DNA of 63,289 nt, counting the filler, from Folioceros fuciformis (taxonomy: Eukaryota): the NCBI GenBank assembly GCA_049999805.1. It is 5 parts of 5 records of this genome, joined end to end, with 100 filler letters (N's around TTAATTAATTAA, not from the genome) between each part and the next. Parts side by side here need not be neighbours in the genome. Positions count along the whole stretch, not along the records: positions 29,729 to 54,604 come from JBNGIO010005644.1; 4 more parts are not named here. One strand, written 5' to 3'. Positions 36,211 through 49,700 of this stretch are shown here, one piece after another. The notes under the pieces are model-generated. The model saw nothing but the letters and a program-made list of their open reading frames with translations. It did no database searches and was not told the DNA's origin. The stretch's first letter is position 1, and each line of letters begins with the position of its first letter. Both the position numbers and the translations under genes were made by a program.

Positions 36211-39200
36211 TAGGTGTTATGCCAATATGACTTGGGTGGCTACACACGAGATAGTTGGGTGCATACACGTGTTGAATATATGGACTTAGGCAACAACCTA
36301 GGATGCTAACGTGAGGAACAAGTTAGTGGCGGTAAGACCATATTCAAGAGCAGTCACAATCGCGGGATTTACTGGGTGGTGTTAAGGCATAACGACACCA
36401 GCCAAATAAGAAGCTAGGAAGGATGGTTGGCGCACACATTGCTTGATGTTCATTAGGAGAGTGGCCAGACAAATCCTAAGGACAGACAACTGAATTTTGC
36501 CGATCTCGCCGAAATGGATTACAGGAAGCCTCAAAGCCAATTAGAATTTCCAAAGACATGTATTTTGATGGATGCCTCTCTATGCTAGTAAGGAGGCTTG
36601 AGCTAGGCTAGTGTGGAGTGAATTTTTGTGTCTAGGGACACAATGAGGCCCACATTCACCCTCTATGTTGTTGTAGTCCTAGGATTCAATCCCAAGGAAA
36701 TGGTTTGTGTCAAGTTGCTCTAATTCTATGACTTCTAGACTTACTACAATAAGTTCCTACCCAAACGTACTCCACCACCGAACATGAGTTCACCACTATC
36801 GTACTTGGCTCCGCCACCGTAATGAGTTCCGCCACCGTGGTAGTGGATTCCATCACCGTGGTGGGTCCCACCCATTCGAAGCACGCACACGTCGCGGAAC
36901 CTCGATGACACAGGATTTTTGGCCCCGCTTGTGCGCCGCGCTCTTATATAGGCTTCCTAGAACTTATTCAAACATCGAGACCCAAGGACCAAGTAGCACC
37001 CTCCCTAACCTGGTCTACAGAAGGTGAGTCAGCCACGATAGGAGGCGTCTCCATTACAATCCACCCAGAGCAAACACAAAATGTGTTGGAGACAGGACCG
37101 GACGAATCCGGGAGATTTGTTTGGGTGGTGTTGCAGACTCCTCAAGGCCCCCTGGGCATTTGCAATGTCTATGCTCCTAATGAGGCTTCGGAGAGGAGTA
37201 TACTGTGGGGGAGGCTTGGTGAACATCTGAATGATCAGATACCATGGCTGTTGGCGGGGGACTTTAATTTTGTCGAAAGGCGAGAGGACATACAAGGGTC
37301 GAGCGAGGTGGATATTCGGAGGGTACATCTATTGTGGCAAGAACTAAGGGACACCAGTCTGAATGTGCAAGACCCTTGGCTGGCTCTGCCGGCGCATTGT
37401 CAGCAGGCCTCCCTCAAGTTCAGTTGGTCCAATCAGCAGCCAGCAGCTTATGGGGCTCGAAGGCTGGATAGATTCTATGTCCTCGTCGGGTGGCTACCAT
37501 TTGTGCATGATTATTGTATTTTGGCTGGTACAGTGCTTTCGGACTACCATCCTATCAACTTGACCCTGCAACTATCCCCCGAAGACCTTCGGCACAAAAG
37601 GGACAAGAGAGTTTTTCGGATGAATACGTCTCTTCTAGCGGAAGAAGGGGTGTATGAGCGCGTAAAGGAGCTATGGCAAGGAATAGAGCAAGGAAAAGAG
37701 TCGGCTGTGCAACGGCTCATGAATGCGAACACCGAAGCCACCACCTTTCTTGAAGAAGCTGGGCGCGAAGCGCAAAAAAGACAAAGCTCGGATCGAAGAC
37801 TTTTTGCGGGAGGATTTGGGGTACATCCGAAGAATGGGGGATGAGCGTGCGCTGACTGAGGAAGAGGAAAGCCGACTCCAGGAAATTCAATGCAACCTGG
37901 CAAAGCTTGAAGAGGACAGAGTTAGGGGATGGTACAAACGTGCTAAGGTGAAATGGGTGCAAGAAGGAGACTGCCCCTCTAAGTTCTTCTTTGACAAGGT
38001 GGCAGCGAATCGGCATAAGTCAAGAATACCTGCTCTTCCCGACGCACAGGGTAACAGGCAAGACTCCATCCGTGGTTTGAAAAAACTGATCACATGCTTT
38101 TACGTAGGGATTTTTGCAAGTCTTGGAAAGCTGGCAGGCTAGGAGGATCTTTGGAGCTCAGCCTATGGGCAATTACCTGCTAAAGTGTCAGAGGAGCAAC
38201 GCAGTGTTCTTGACAAACCTATTACTGCTGCGGAGGTGGCTCAAGCGTTGAAGGAGATGCCGAGGAACAAATCTCCAGGGCATGACGGAATCCCCCCCTG
38301 AATTTTTTGCTTGGGGATGGGAGTTTATGAGTCGACTCTTTATGGAGGCAGTCAACACAATCTGGGAGGAAGGTAGTATGGGCCCGTGGTTTAACCTGGG
38401 CCTCATCTCCCTTCTACCTAAATAGGATGCTAGTCTCTCAATTGCTGATTGGCGTCCCATCACTTTGCTTACAACAACTTATAAAGTGATTGCCAAGGTC
38501 TTAGCAAACAGGCTCAAGCCATTTCTAGACGAGTGGTTGGAAGTGGAGCAACGGGGTTTCGTCCAGAACAGGTGTATTCTTGACAACTTGTTGCTGTTGC
38601 GTGAGGCTAAGTACAATGCTCTAGTCCAGCATAGTCCATCATTGTTCATTTCCTTAGATTTCTATAAGTCTTATGACTCTGTTGAATAGCACTTCCTATG
38701 GAGGTGTCTGCGAAGCTTTGGGTTTGGCAACAACTTCTGCAGGTGGATTGCAATTCTATGTGAGGATGCAAGCGCTATGGTCTCTGTCAACGGCTCCTTT
38801 ACCAAAAGGTTTGGTATTACGCGTTCAATGTGGCAAGGATGCCCATTGGCCCCATTCTTATTCATCATTGTCACTGACTTTCTCTTGCGAGCAGTCAAGC
38901 AGGATTCAAGGATTGAAGGCATTCAGAATCCCGATGGCTCGCAGTTGCGTATCTCAACTTTTGCTGACGACACCATGCTCTTCTTATCGGCAAATACGAA
39001 CTCCTTAACAGCCCTACTCTCTCAGTTACAGATTTTTGGGCAGCAATCAGGATGCAATGTGAATTGGAGTAAGACAAGGATGATGTGCATTAACTTGCAG
39101 GGGGAACCACCTGCACGTATCAGGCACATAGAGCGGGTCCAACCCAGCTCGTCACACAAATACCTAGGCCTACCGTTCTAGGAAGAGGATGAGAATGCGG

Positions 39201-40282
39201 AGATTGGTAAATTTGTTTGTCTTCGGTTCATCCGGAAGGCAACCAGCTTACGACTTTTGGAACTTAGTCTGGCAGGCAGAATTGTTGTCAGTAATCATAT
39301 TCTCACAGCGTTCCTATGGTACTACTTGTTCTTGTGGGCTCCTAACAAGGCGGATCTGAGACGATTGCAACAGATAATTTCTAACTTCCTATGGAGCAAG
39401 TCTAGGAGCTGCTCTCTTCTTCCCATAAGGTGGCGTGGCATCATATTATTCAGTGCAAGCGCTTGGGGGGTCTGGGGTTGGTTGACCCCACGAGCAAAGT
39501 GAAGATCCTACATGCACAATGGGTGCTGAAGGCAGCTGGACCAACGGAATACCCCTGGAAAAGCTGGTTAACCCAACACTTGCAGCTTTCTCAAGTGGTG
39601 GCCGGGGGCGGAGGTCTATGGATAACCTCCTGGCGAATAGACCTCTGTTGGATACCAGGAATTGCCCCCCTCTTTTTGCTTCAATCTGGCGCAGTTTCCT
39701 AGAGGTGAAAACCTTTCTTATCTATGCCAAGCCCAGGAATAGAGACGATGTGCTGGGGCTCCCTCTCCAAGGTTTTAAGGGGCTGTGGTCTCAGAACTTC
39801 CTTCCCCGAGTGAACCGGTCTCAAATCTTTGGTTCTGCTAGCAAAAGCGGCATTGTGCAGCTCAGACACCTGTGGAACCATAGAGAGGCTGGTTGGAAAT
39901 CAGCGGAGGAGACGCGGGAAGTGTTTGGGATCCCTGTTTGACACGTGAGACTTATGCTTGCCTGGCTCCAGGAAGGGATGGCCGAGGATGTGAAGCTAGA
40001 ACTGCTACAGAAAGCTTAGGTTGGCATCGATATGTGGGGAGCTTACCCCATGGACAATAGAGTAGGTGGCTCCGACTAAGAGCAGGATGAGCCCCTCCCA
40101 AATTTTGATAGAGCGGTGCTAGTGCCATCAAGGACTGATGAGGAAGGAACCCTATCTTATAGGACGCTGAACACAGAAGGGCTGCTGGAGGAAAAAGGAA
40201 GAGTTGCAGGCGCGATGGGTGGAGCCACCCTCAGAGGGATTACCATACTGTATAGGGCTAGACGAGCCGGTTTTTGGCTTAC

Positions 40283-41652
40283 TGTGAACCTCCAAAGTTT
40301 GGGGTAGTAGTTTGTTTTGGTTGAAAAAGGGTTAATAGTGGTATGGTTTTGTTTTCTTTTTCTACTTATTTTCCCTAATTTTCCTTGATTTTTTGGTCAT
40401 TTTTCTTATTTTTCTTTGTGTTAATTAGGTTAATTGACCAGGAAATAGTTGGTTTGGTTATAAGAGTGGGTATAGGTTTGGTCCCAGACCTGGGAAAGTT
40501 TAGGTCCGGTACCGGGCCATAGGGTTATTAAAGCCCAATGTACTTAGGCTAATGTAATTAGTCTAATTAGGCTAATGTAATTAGTTTAATTAGGCTAATG
40601 TAATTAGTTTAATTAGGCTAATGTGATTAGTCTAATTAGACTAATGTTATTAATTTAATTAGGCTAATCTAATTAGTTTAATTAGGCTAATGTAATTAGT
40701 TTAATTAGGGTAATGTAATTAGTCTAAGATTAGTGTCTAATTAAGTATCATTAGTTTAGATTAGCTTAAGCTAATTTTTAGGAAGCTTCCTACATAGCTT
40801 CCCGTGAGCTTCTTGTGAAGCTTCTTGTGAGCTTCTTGTGATCTTCTTGTGAAGCTTCCTTGGGAGCTTTTCTAGAGGGTATAAATACCCTCTTGAGCTC
40901 CCTTTTCAAGGGAGATGAGAGAGATGGGAGAGAGCTATGAGAGACATTGTGAGACCTCTCTTTCTCCTCTCTTCCTCTCCTCTCCTCTTCTCCTTCATCA
41001 TGTGGCTCCCTTTCCGATCCTTCAAGGATCACAAGGTGTAATGACCAGGGTGAAGGGGTTTGCCCCTAGCTCTTGATTGTAAAGGATGTGTCTTTCTCTC
41101 GACCTGTCCACTCTTGTTCCCTGTTTGGACAAGTGCTGTAGGCCGGCCATGTTTCATGGCGTCTAGTAAGGTTGTGGGGAGGAGATATCCAAGGGGGTGT
41201 GGGGGGAGAGTGTGTTCCCTTCTTTCTCTTCTTTGGGGTTAGTCTAGTGACTCTTGCCGGGTAGGAGGAGTCAATAGGGAAGTGTAGAAGGTAGTGGTGT
41301 CATGGTTAGTTGCTGGTGTTGGTGCTGGAGTGAGAGAGCGAGTGAAGTGAGTGAGGGAAGTCGCAGATCTGAGAGGTTAGGGTCGTTGTAGTGACTGGAG
41401 TGAGTTTGTGGGCACCAAGAGAGGTGCAGCTGACTGCTAAACAATGAGGCTTGTCCTACGCCTGATCAGAGCTGGAGGGGAGCCCTCGAATCCATCATCG
41501 AGTCAATTGAGTCCGACCCTCCATCCACAGCAGCAAGGAACCCCATCGCTCCTTCGTGGGAACGAAACCCAATGTCTCAATGGCAGTGGGATAAGTGTGG
41601 CCACTAAAGGTGGAACCCGTCGGCAATCAGTGCCCGGGGTTTTGCCTCCACA
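40283..41652 (+). mobile_element. LTR family X solo LTR (copy C) with CTTAC TSD; carries a Copia-family LTR at 40520-41024
   Basis: TGTG...CACA termini; CTTAC at 40278-40282 and 41653-41657. Confidence 0.93.
40540..40730 (+). repeat. 23-bp tandem repeat (~8 copies) inside the captured Copia LTR
   Basis: AATTAGGCTAATGTAATTAGTTT units. Confidence 0.9.
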
Positions 41653-43659
41653 CTTACCTAGGAAGAGCAAGGCAACCGGAAACAAGTCATGCAACAGCGT
41701 CCTATAAGATGCTGGTTTCGCTTGAAGGAGAATTGGGAGTTAGTGATACGCCCCGACCTATACATGTGGCCTGGGAGCGCAGAAAGTAAGTAGGCCACTT
41801 GGAAGTCACTCTTCAATTTTCCGTTGGCAACCATGTACCTCCGATTGGTGCGAGCGCAAGAAGGTCCTCAGCAAAGTCGATTGGCTCCTAGGTTGCAGCT
41901 CTCCTAGCGTCGGCAAAAGGAAACGATCAAACTCTTGTGGTCGACCCTAGGGATCCCCCCTAAGGTAAGGGTTACCATCTGGTGTTTTTTCCAAGCTTGC
42001 TTGCTTAACGCAGACCAATGGGACAGGCTATTGGTGGCCACGGGGGAGGAATGCTGCAGGCTATACAACGTTGGCGCTCCACATAAAAGCCAACATATTT
42101 TCTTTCATTGCGAGTATGCGCAAGGTATTTGAAATGAAGTCGGTAGGTAGCTATAGAGACTTCTCCCTGAGAGAGCCAACTTGGTTACTGAGCAAGCTGC
42201 CTTATTTGGGCTGGACAGACAGGTAGGGAGGCCACTTCTCAAATTCCAATGGTGGGGAGTGGTTTGGTCCCTATCACTGTTTTCCTTGTGGCAAAACTGG
42301 ACAGCAATGGTATATGGTGGGAGTGAGCCGGCCGCTAGGAAAGCTTTGCTATGACACATTTGGGAGCAGGTACTTGTGGTCACGAAAAGTATTCGAACGT
42401 CCACTCACTCTAAGTTCAGGCGGAGAGAGTGGATACTTGCAGGCTTCCTCCGGCACAATGACCAATGGGAGTACTCCTGCCCGTGGGGCAAATAAGTCTC
42501 ATAAGGGCTGGGTGGCTCTTGATCATAGGGCAGTTCAGCTTTGCTCGCTTCTGCAGCTTAGATTTTGAGTCCAGGCTAAGGTATTCAGTTGCGGACGCAA
42601 TTGATATGCCATTGGTGTAGCCTAAACTGCGAATACTCAGATTTTTTCTTCGCGAAAAACAAACCTGGTCTACAGACCAGTTATTGGTCAACCCTGCACT
42701 TACCTCAAAACTTCGAGACCCAAGGAGGTCTTGAGCATAAATACCCTAGCCTATTCCCAACCTAAGCCAGTTGCGCATCCATCTTACTAAAAAACAAAAA
42801 ACCACCAAGTCTCGCAGTTGGTGAGGGAATTTATGAACATTTTTTCGTCTACAGCAAAGCTGGAGCGGATCTTGTAGGCAAGGTGGGCCCGAGAGGAGAT
42901 TCTGCTTCGTCAATTGAGATAGCCTATTAGCAGAGCCGGCCTGAGGTGATCAGACCAACAGCTAGAGGTTCGGGAAGCTAGTCCGGCAGCCTGGGGCTTC
43001 GGACTTCTTGGCGCGGTGCGTTTGCTAGAGGGAGGTGTTGGAGTAGTTGCAGCCGCCACGGCCTCCGCGGTCTCACTCAAGACTTGGATGACTTTGTCAT
43101 GGAAGAACGCATGCCTATCATCAAGCTTTTGGATGGCATCTACTACCATCCGTCGGAGCATTTAATACTCCAGTCGCCACTGGGCTTCTGGTAATTTGGT
43201 GTGCTGTGCTGCAGTCGAGGTGATGTACCTCCAAAAATCTTTGAGGGCCGACAATGTGATTGTGGCTAATTCTCTCAACCGGAGGTTGGAAACAGCCTCC
43301 ATCTAAGCTCAGAGTAGTGTTAGCTCTTGATGATCTTTGCATATCTCGTAGTCCATTAGTTGAGCTTGCAACTCCTCCGTTCTGGCCCGAGATTCATTGG
43401 CCCGCCTTACTAGCGTTTTCCATTCTTCCTCTCAAGCTTGCCCGTGACTCTGCATATCCTTGCACATCTGCGCGAGATCGGACTTCAAGGTCCGAACTTC
43501 CTATTAGGCCACCTTCTCGTTGCCTTGCACCGCACGGAGTCTACCTTGCAACTCTTCCATCTGTCAGAGCACCTTGGTCACTTTGCGGGAGGAGTCTTTC
43601 TCCCCCTCTAGGGCTCGTATCTGCTCCTTTTTGTAGTGGTCCAGTCCGCTATGTGTTGA

Positions 43660-45225
43660 TGGCAAGCCTCATGGGTATCCACCTCCCATTTTTTCCTGGC
43701 TTGCCAATCTTCTGCATGGATGGCCTCTAGGGCAACTTGTGATTCGGCGTTTTCTCCTTGGACCTCACTGAGTTGCCTCTCCAAGTCTACAGTCCGCTCC
43801 GCAACCTGGGCCCTTAACTCTTCCGGCCCTTAACTCGGCGGACAACTAAGTTGCTAACTTAGTCATCCTTCTCCAAAGGTCAGTGTTTTCACCCTCCTGT
43901 AATGCCACCTGCCCAAAAGACCACGCTAGCCCCTTCGCCACACTCATGGCGATGCCATGGGTTGCTTGTGTCACTCCTTCTGTAGTTGCTCTGATAAAAA
44001 ACCGATAGAAGGGAGGTAACTTGGTCCTCCCAAAGGACATCTAAATGGCCTTTCTCATGGCCTCTAGGTCAGTCACACATCCTTTAATGAGGTCTTCTAG
44101 GACTATGGACCGTGGCAAGGTTTTCTGCCGCTCAAGCTCCTCCTGGGCAGGGCGAGGTGCCGGAGTGGGTATTACTCCGACGGGTGGCAGACTGGGAGAG
44201 CGGGGACCCCGCCCCTTCTTTCTCCTATGAGGTGAAGGAGGCCACTTAACCCCAAATGGCCCGATCTAGTGCGTTTTGTTATAGTCCAGCTGAGCGACCA
44301 GCCGGACTAGTTCCATGCGGTCTGCCTCCTCCCTGGTCTTTGGCGCACCTTCTGTTCCTTAGACCGGAACGAGAAGTCCTCCGGCTCTAGAATGGTGGCG
44401 GGGTGCTCTAGAGCAGGATCCGTCTGCCCGCTGTGGACATCGCCCTAATTTTCCGCCGCATGGGCAGAGGTATCCAGGCCGGTGACGCTCTTGCTTCCGC
44501 TTTGGAGGCGAACTGGCTGGGGAGTTGGGAGCAAAGGACATAGATTGCGACTCCACTACTGCTCTGTGGCTATCCTCCGAGGGGTTCGAAATCGGTAGAG
44601 GTACCGGCGCAATGGGAAGGGGGAGAGGCCTGAGGTAGGTGGCTTCCCCTGCCTGAGCTTTCTAACATCGAATTGTATCCAATGTGCAACTACTTTCCCC
44701 TAATCCATTGGAGATCTCTATGCCAATTCGTAAAGTAATAGCAGAACTCTGTCTACTACATGGCCGGTCTTGGTCACTAGCAGCCAGTTGACAATGAGTC
44801 GGGCCACTCCTCTCATCCTCAAGTCCGCAATGTCATGAATCAACTACCCATTGATGATCTTGGTGAAGTCTGCAGTCAGGAGTGCAGCTACCGCCTCCTT
44901 CACCAACTCCTTGTTGCACTGTGAATTGAGGTAGAGCCCTCCACATTCCTCTGCCAAACGGTGATAGACCTCCCGTATCATTTGGACGGTCCACAACGTA
45001 GGATTATCTCATATTTTGGAGGACACTGGCTTGCTCCGGGCGAAGTGCAACATGGTCTAGGCAAATTCCCAAACGACCACCATTGAGTTGATGCCCTATG
45101 GGAACTGAAAGATCCCCAGCTTCCACTGTTCCATGAGGTCTCCTGCCGCTATTATCCAAGGTGTAAAATTGGGGTAGGAGCGCATCTGGATCTGCTCCTC
45201 ATTGAATCTCCATGAGGGCATCTTC
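43660..45225 (-). mobile_element. Degenerate repeat family, copy 2 (paralog of 17510-19913)
   Basis: Shared peptides listed for copy 1, plus MEQWKLGIFQFP vs MEQCELGVFQFPW. Confidence 0.6.
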
Positions 45226-45230
45226 ACAAA

Positions 45231-45350
45231 TTTCTCTAAAGCCTATCTCACATTTGGACAAATGTTTTTAGAGTGATTGTTGCAGCCTTTGTTTTGGGTT
45301 CTCCAATTTTAGGAGTGTACTAGTATTTTTAACTATTTCATGTTTTCCTC
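45231..45350 (+). pseudogene. Remnant 3' end (last codons + 3' UTR) of a paralog of the BTB-SPRY gene
   Basis: TTTCTCTAaAGCCT...TTTAGAGTGATTGTTG..GCCTT...CAATTTTAG..TACTAG.ATTTTTAA..ATGTTTTCCT aligns by eye to 30894-31013. Confidence 0.65.
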
Positions 45351-46154
45351 GATTAATGAAAAAATGCAATATCTCTAGCAATGGAGAACATGATATTCTA
45401 GATGGTCACTCACACAGAGGGTATGAGCTAAGTGCATCCCGAAGTCATCAAGAGAGGTCTTGTAGATGTAAGAGAGGATGCCAAAGAGGTCCCCAAGCTC
45501 AAGCAAAAACAAATCCTATTGAAGAGTGTTACTAGCGCTATGCAAAACACCTTAAAACTAGGTTGAGTGAGAAGCCAAGCTCCAACCACAATGGCTACAG
45601 GAGAATGCTAACTTGAGCTCAAAGACTAGGTACGTAGATTGAGCTTGAAGCCAAGGTCCAACTTCCTTCTCTAAAGAAACACTTAGGGAATCCTAGTTGA
45701 CAGCCAACTACAACCGCTTATATTACTTTAAAATATATATAATATGCTTGTACAGCTATTACACAATTTCAGTTGGGAAGCGAGCGGGTGCTCCGATAAG
45801 GTACATCTCGTTTCCACCTTCGGCCTTTGTACTCGACTAGCACTCGCAGAAGGGTCGTTCGTGATCCCGGTTTTTTTTATCCTTAACTATTCACAAAAAA
45901 TAGGTCGTGCCGGCGGTTTGCGGCTTCTACGTCAGCCGTTGGCCTCACCAAGGGCTGACGTGGATTAAGGTGAAGGAAAAAGCGAAGAAAACATGGACCA
46001 GCGACTCAGACCTACACCGTAGGCGACTTTTGCTGCATTCCACGTTTACAAAGGTTCCATTGCAGAAAGAGCCTCTCATGGGACACTTGCTAGAATTCAC
46101 AGGTCGAAACGAGCTCGGCAAACGTCCCCACCTGGCACAGGTAGCAAGGCACAT

Positions 46155-46310
46155 CTAAGAGGCTGCAGCTGCACCCTCCATAACACTTGCAGCCTCACCC
46201 TCCACAGCACTTGCAGCCTCACCCTCCACAGCACTTGCCGCTTCACCTTCCATAGCATTTGCAGCTTCACCCTTCATAACACTTGCAGGTTCCCCCTCCA
46301 TAACACTCAT
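46155..46310 (-). repeat. 24-bp tandem repeat x6 forming a 51-aa ORF, M(SxxEGEAA)6AS
   Basis: ATG at 46310 to TAG at 46155; units SVMEGEPA, SVMKGEAA, NAMEGEAA, SAVEGEAA x2, SVMEGAAA. Confidence 0.7.
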
Positions 46311-46754
46311 CTAGGAGCGCTGTAGCGCAAAGCAACGGGCACGCCTGGGTACGTATGCACTCTTTCGAGGCAATCAATCAGACACGCTGCCCGTGCCAGC
46401 AGAGCAGAATGGTAATACAGCGGCGGATGATGTAGATGCGCGCTGGTAGCTGTTTCAACAGCTGACGGCAGTTGCTAGCAAGATACCTGTCCTTCACAAA
46501 ACTAGCACAGAGGACGTCCTTCCTAAGCTCCGGTTCTTCCGCCGTCTGTCGAGAGCACGCAAGCCTGACGCCACACTGCCCCATGCCGAGACCAGCAAGC
46601 TGCAGAATTTGCAATCTGCAGCCTTAACACAGTTCGCCAAACTCACGGCAACATACAGACGCTGCCGGCAGCGGCAGCTTGCAGGCGCGGAGAGCGTGGA
46701 AAGCAAGGTAGGCCACTCTCATCTATGCAACCTGAAGGCAATTTACAGCTGCAA

Positions 46755-49700
46755 TCACTTCCTTCCCGATTGAGGCCTGCCGGACCCACGTCCTTTGCCA
46801 ACCCCCTTGGGCCTTGACCCCGCTTTACTAGCGCCCGCTTTGCTACGCCCCTTGCCGGCGCCCAATTTCACTCCTTTCCTCTTGAAGCCGCCCTTGACAG
46901 GACCGCTGCCCCTGGACCGGGCGTCCTTTTTCATCCGCCTATCTACTATTACTCGGCCCTTCCCACCCTTGGCTCCTACTCCTTTCTTGGCCACCACAAT
47001 CTCGCGCTTTCCCTTCTTCGGGGCCGCTAACGCCTTCTTATAAAGTTTCTCCATCATGCTGTTTTTCGACTTGGCGCTAAGATCAGGCTGGTCTGCTATT
47101 GCAGTAGCCTTGTGGCGAACTTGCTCCAATTTTTTCTGAACTCGCCGCTTTTTCCTAGCCTTGGCCTCCGCCACTTTCTTCACAGGTCGGGCATTGATGT
47201 CCCTGAACTGAGCTTTCATAGCCTCCACCTCTTCCTTCGTCACAGGCTTCTGGGGTTGGTGGTGTTTTCGTTCATCGTCTGCAAACCATCTTGGAAGGTT
47301 GTCATCGTTAAAGGTGTACCTGTTGTATGCAGCATCCAGAATGTCTTGCGCGCTTTTCTTCCGCAACATGTGCCTTGCATACGCAAGAATCTCGGCCTTT
47401 TCATCACTGTCATAGTCAGCATCGTCATCTGTGGAGGAATCATCACCTGAAGCGCTCGCCTCTGCAGGAACGATTTCGAATTCGCCATCGGCGGCATCTG
47501 GACTTGCAGATCTCTGTCCATGTTTCTTCTGCCCATCCACGCCCTTCTGCTCTGCCCTGATCGCCTCCTCAAATTCTAGATTCTTTTCTGTGTGCTTTTC
47601 CACCCCCTCCAATTCATCATCGCTTATGTCATTTATTGTGTCCACGCCCGCAAATACATCTTGACTGAACCATTGCTGCGCTACCTGCTCCTTAGCTAGT
47701 TTCACCTTCGGCACTAGAGGCACTACCAACGGGTTTGCATTCTCGTCTTCTTCGGCTGAATCAGATGCAGCTTCATGCGCATCAGTACCTTCCACATCTT
47801 CCTGCGGGCAAACCAAAACGGATCAGCACAAAAGAGGAGCCAAATCCGAATAACCCAAAGCAGCAACGGCCCTCAGACAAGAACGAAAGCCAAGCGAATC
47901 AGGCGACCTTCCAAAGGTCTGAATCCTTCTCCAAATCAGCTAGCTTAGTACGTTGTCTTCGTTTCGTACTGCCGTCCTTGCTGGCTCGAAATTTATCATA
48001 CGCATACTCCAAATATTCATCGAGTTCAGCATCATATCTGCTTGCAAAACGAACAGAGGAGCAATGCTTATGAGAAATGACAGGACACAAAACAATGTCC
48101 GAACGTCAGAATAAGTCACCCTAGTGATCACACCATGCTGCATCCAAAGCGCGAACAAGCTGAAGCACAAACCTCTGCCTCTCCTCTTCTGAATCCAGAT
48201 CACTATCCTCAGCGTCTGGCTGCACACCATTCAGTATCTTATCTTCGCTGTCGTAATCTTCATCATGATCTGCCGACTCTATGTTCTCAACAGTGTGAAG
48301 GTCCTTTTTCCCCTGTCAGACACACCCAGAACGTCAGGTTCTCCATGAATCTATTGATGCTCTCATCCAAAAGCCAAGCCTCTAGATACCTTTATCGCTG
48401 CCAGTGAGAAAAGGTCATCATCTCCGTAAGCATCTTCCATCACATCCACCTGCATGCCTGTTGCAGAACGCGCCTTGGCCTGGAAGGAAAACTCGCCATA
48501 TGCAAAAATTTTGAGTGCGGCACAGGTCATTCCCAAATATACAAATACATCCGATCAAGAAGTACTGCATAGAAAATCTGATTAACCTTTGCTTTCCGTT
48601 TGGACAGCAACTTCTTCTGCCGCTTCTTCTTTCTTTCCATCAGTCCCTTCAATTCCTCCATCTGAGCCAAAACTCCCTCCTCTTCAGCATCCGAATCCTT
48701 GGACACATCTGTTTTGGCTTTCTCACTTACTTCAGGATGAGCCAAGGCTTTCCTTATCTGCAACCTCCACCTTCAGAAGCACAATGTCAGACCACATGTG
48801 CCACTGCGAATCATAAAGAAGTACCTGTGCCCTCCACCACTTACTTCAGGAGCTGTTTGAACTCTTGCTTGCCAAGTACGCGCAGATCCTCACAGCAAAT
48901 TAATATCTGACACAACATCAAAACCATGACTAAGACAGTTCTTGCGGCTTACACCAAAGACGCAGCAAAACTCAATTACAATCCCTTGCCCAATGTCCGA
49001 TCTTTCCTACCTCCTCTTTAGTGAGAGGATGATCCTTAATCACTGAGCACCTTGTATCTTTGAAAGAGATTGCAGTTACCGTCCCCAACAAGTCCAAAGG
49101 CTTGTCACACCAGACGAACTCTGTTGCAGCACATTCTTTACGCAGCGTAGTGTTGCCTTCCTCATAACTAACATCATGGACGTAATACGATCAGGGGCCA
49201 GGCAAATATGTGCGGAAAGCTTCTCTCACGATGAGACGTCATGCTACAAAAGGAATTACAGCTAATGACAGCAAAGGCTTCAAGTGCAGGAGCTACCCTT
49301 CACGATGCCTCTTTCGCTTGTTTGGAGCAAGAACATCGACCACCTAAACCAGACCAGACACACATACAGTTAATTACACTGCCCTTTGCAATGATCTCCA
49401 AAAGGAAACATCATCTCAGATACCTTAGCTGGTTCCAGAATCTCCTGAAATAAATGCTTAGAGTCCAGCAGTCGAGGATCGATTTTAGCAGGCGCGTTGT
49501 ACTCCAACCCTATGACATAGATCTCAGCGGAAGTTGCTCGACTGGCTACAGGCTTGGTGACCTCGACCTTCCTAAATAGCTGCATAGTCCACAACAAAGA
49601 AGGTCGGAACCCATCATCCAGGACATGAATCGAATTTCATCCGGTATATCCAGAGGGCACGACGGCACTCCTTGCAGATGTCAACATCAACCACAATGAG

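Larger units (their letters stand above)
37075..42550 (+). mobile_element. L1-clade LINE ORF2 (APE endonuclease, RT, zf-RVT), 5' truncated and degenerate, interrupted by a solo LTR
   Basis: CNVYAPN, LAGDFN, RRLDRFY, SDYHPI, EGDCPSKFFF, KSPGHDG, WRPITLL, QGCPLAPFLF, FADD, KYLGLP, GGLGL, QHIFFHC. Confidence 0.9.

Noticed and set aside
36215-37058. Possible solo LTR (TGTTATG...CATTACA)
   Set aside because: Imperfect termini, no TSD and no second copy in the window.
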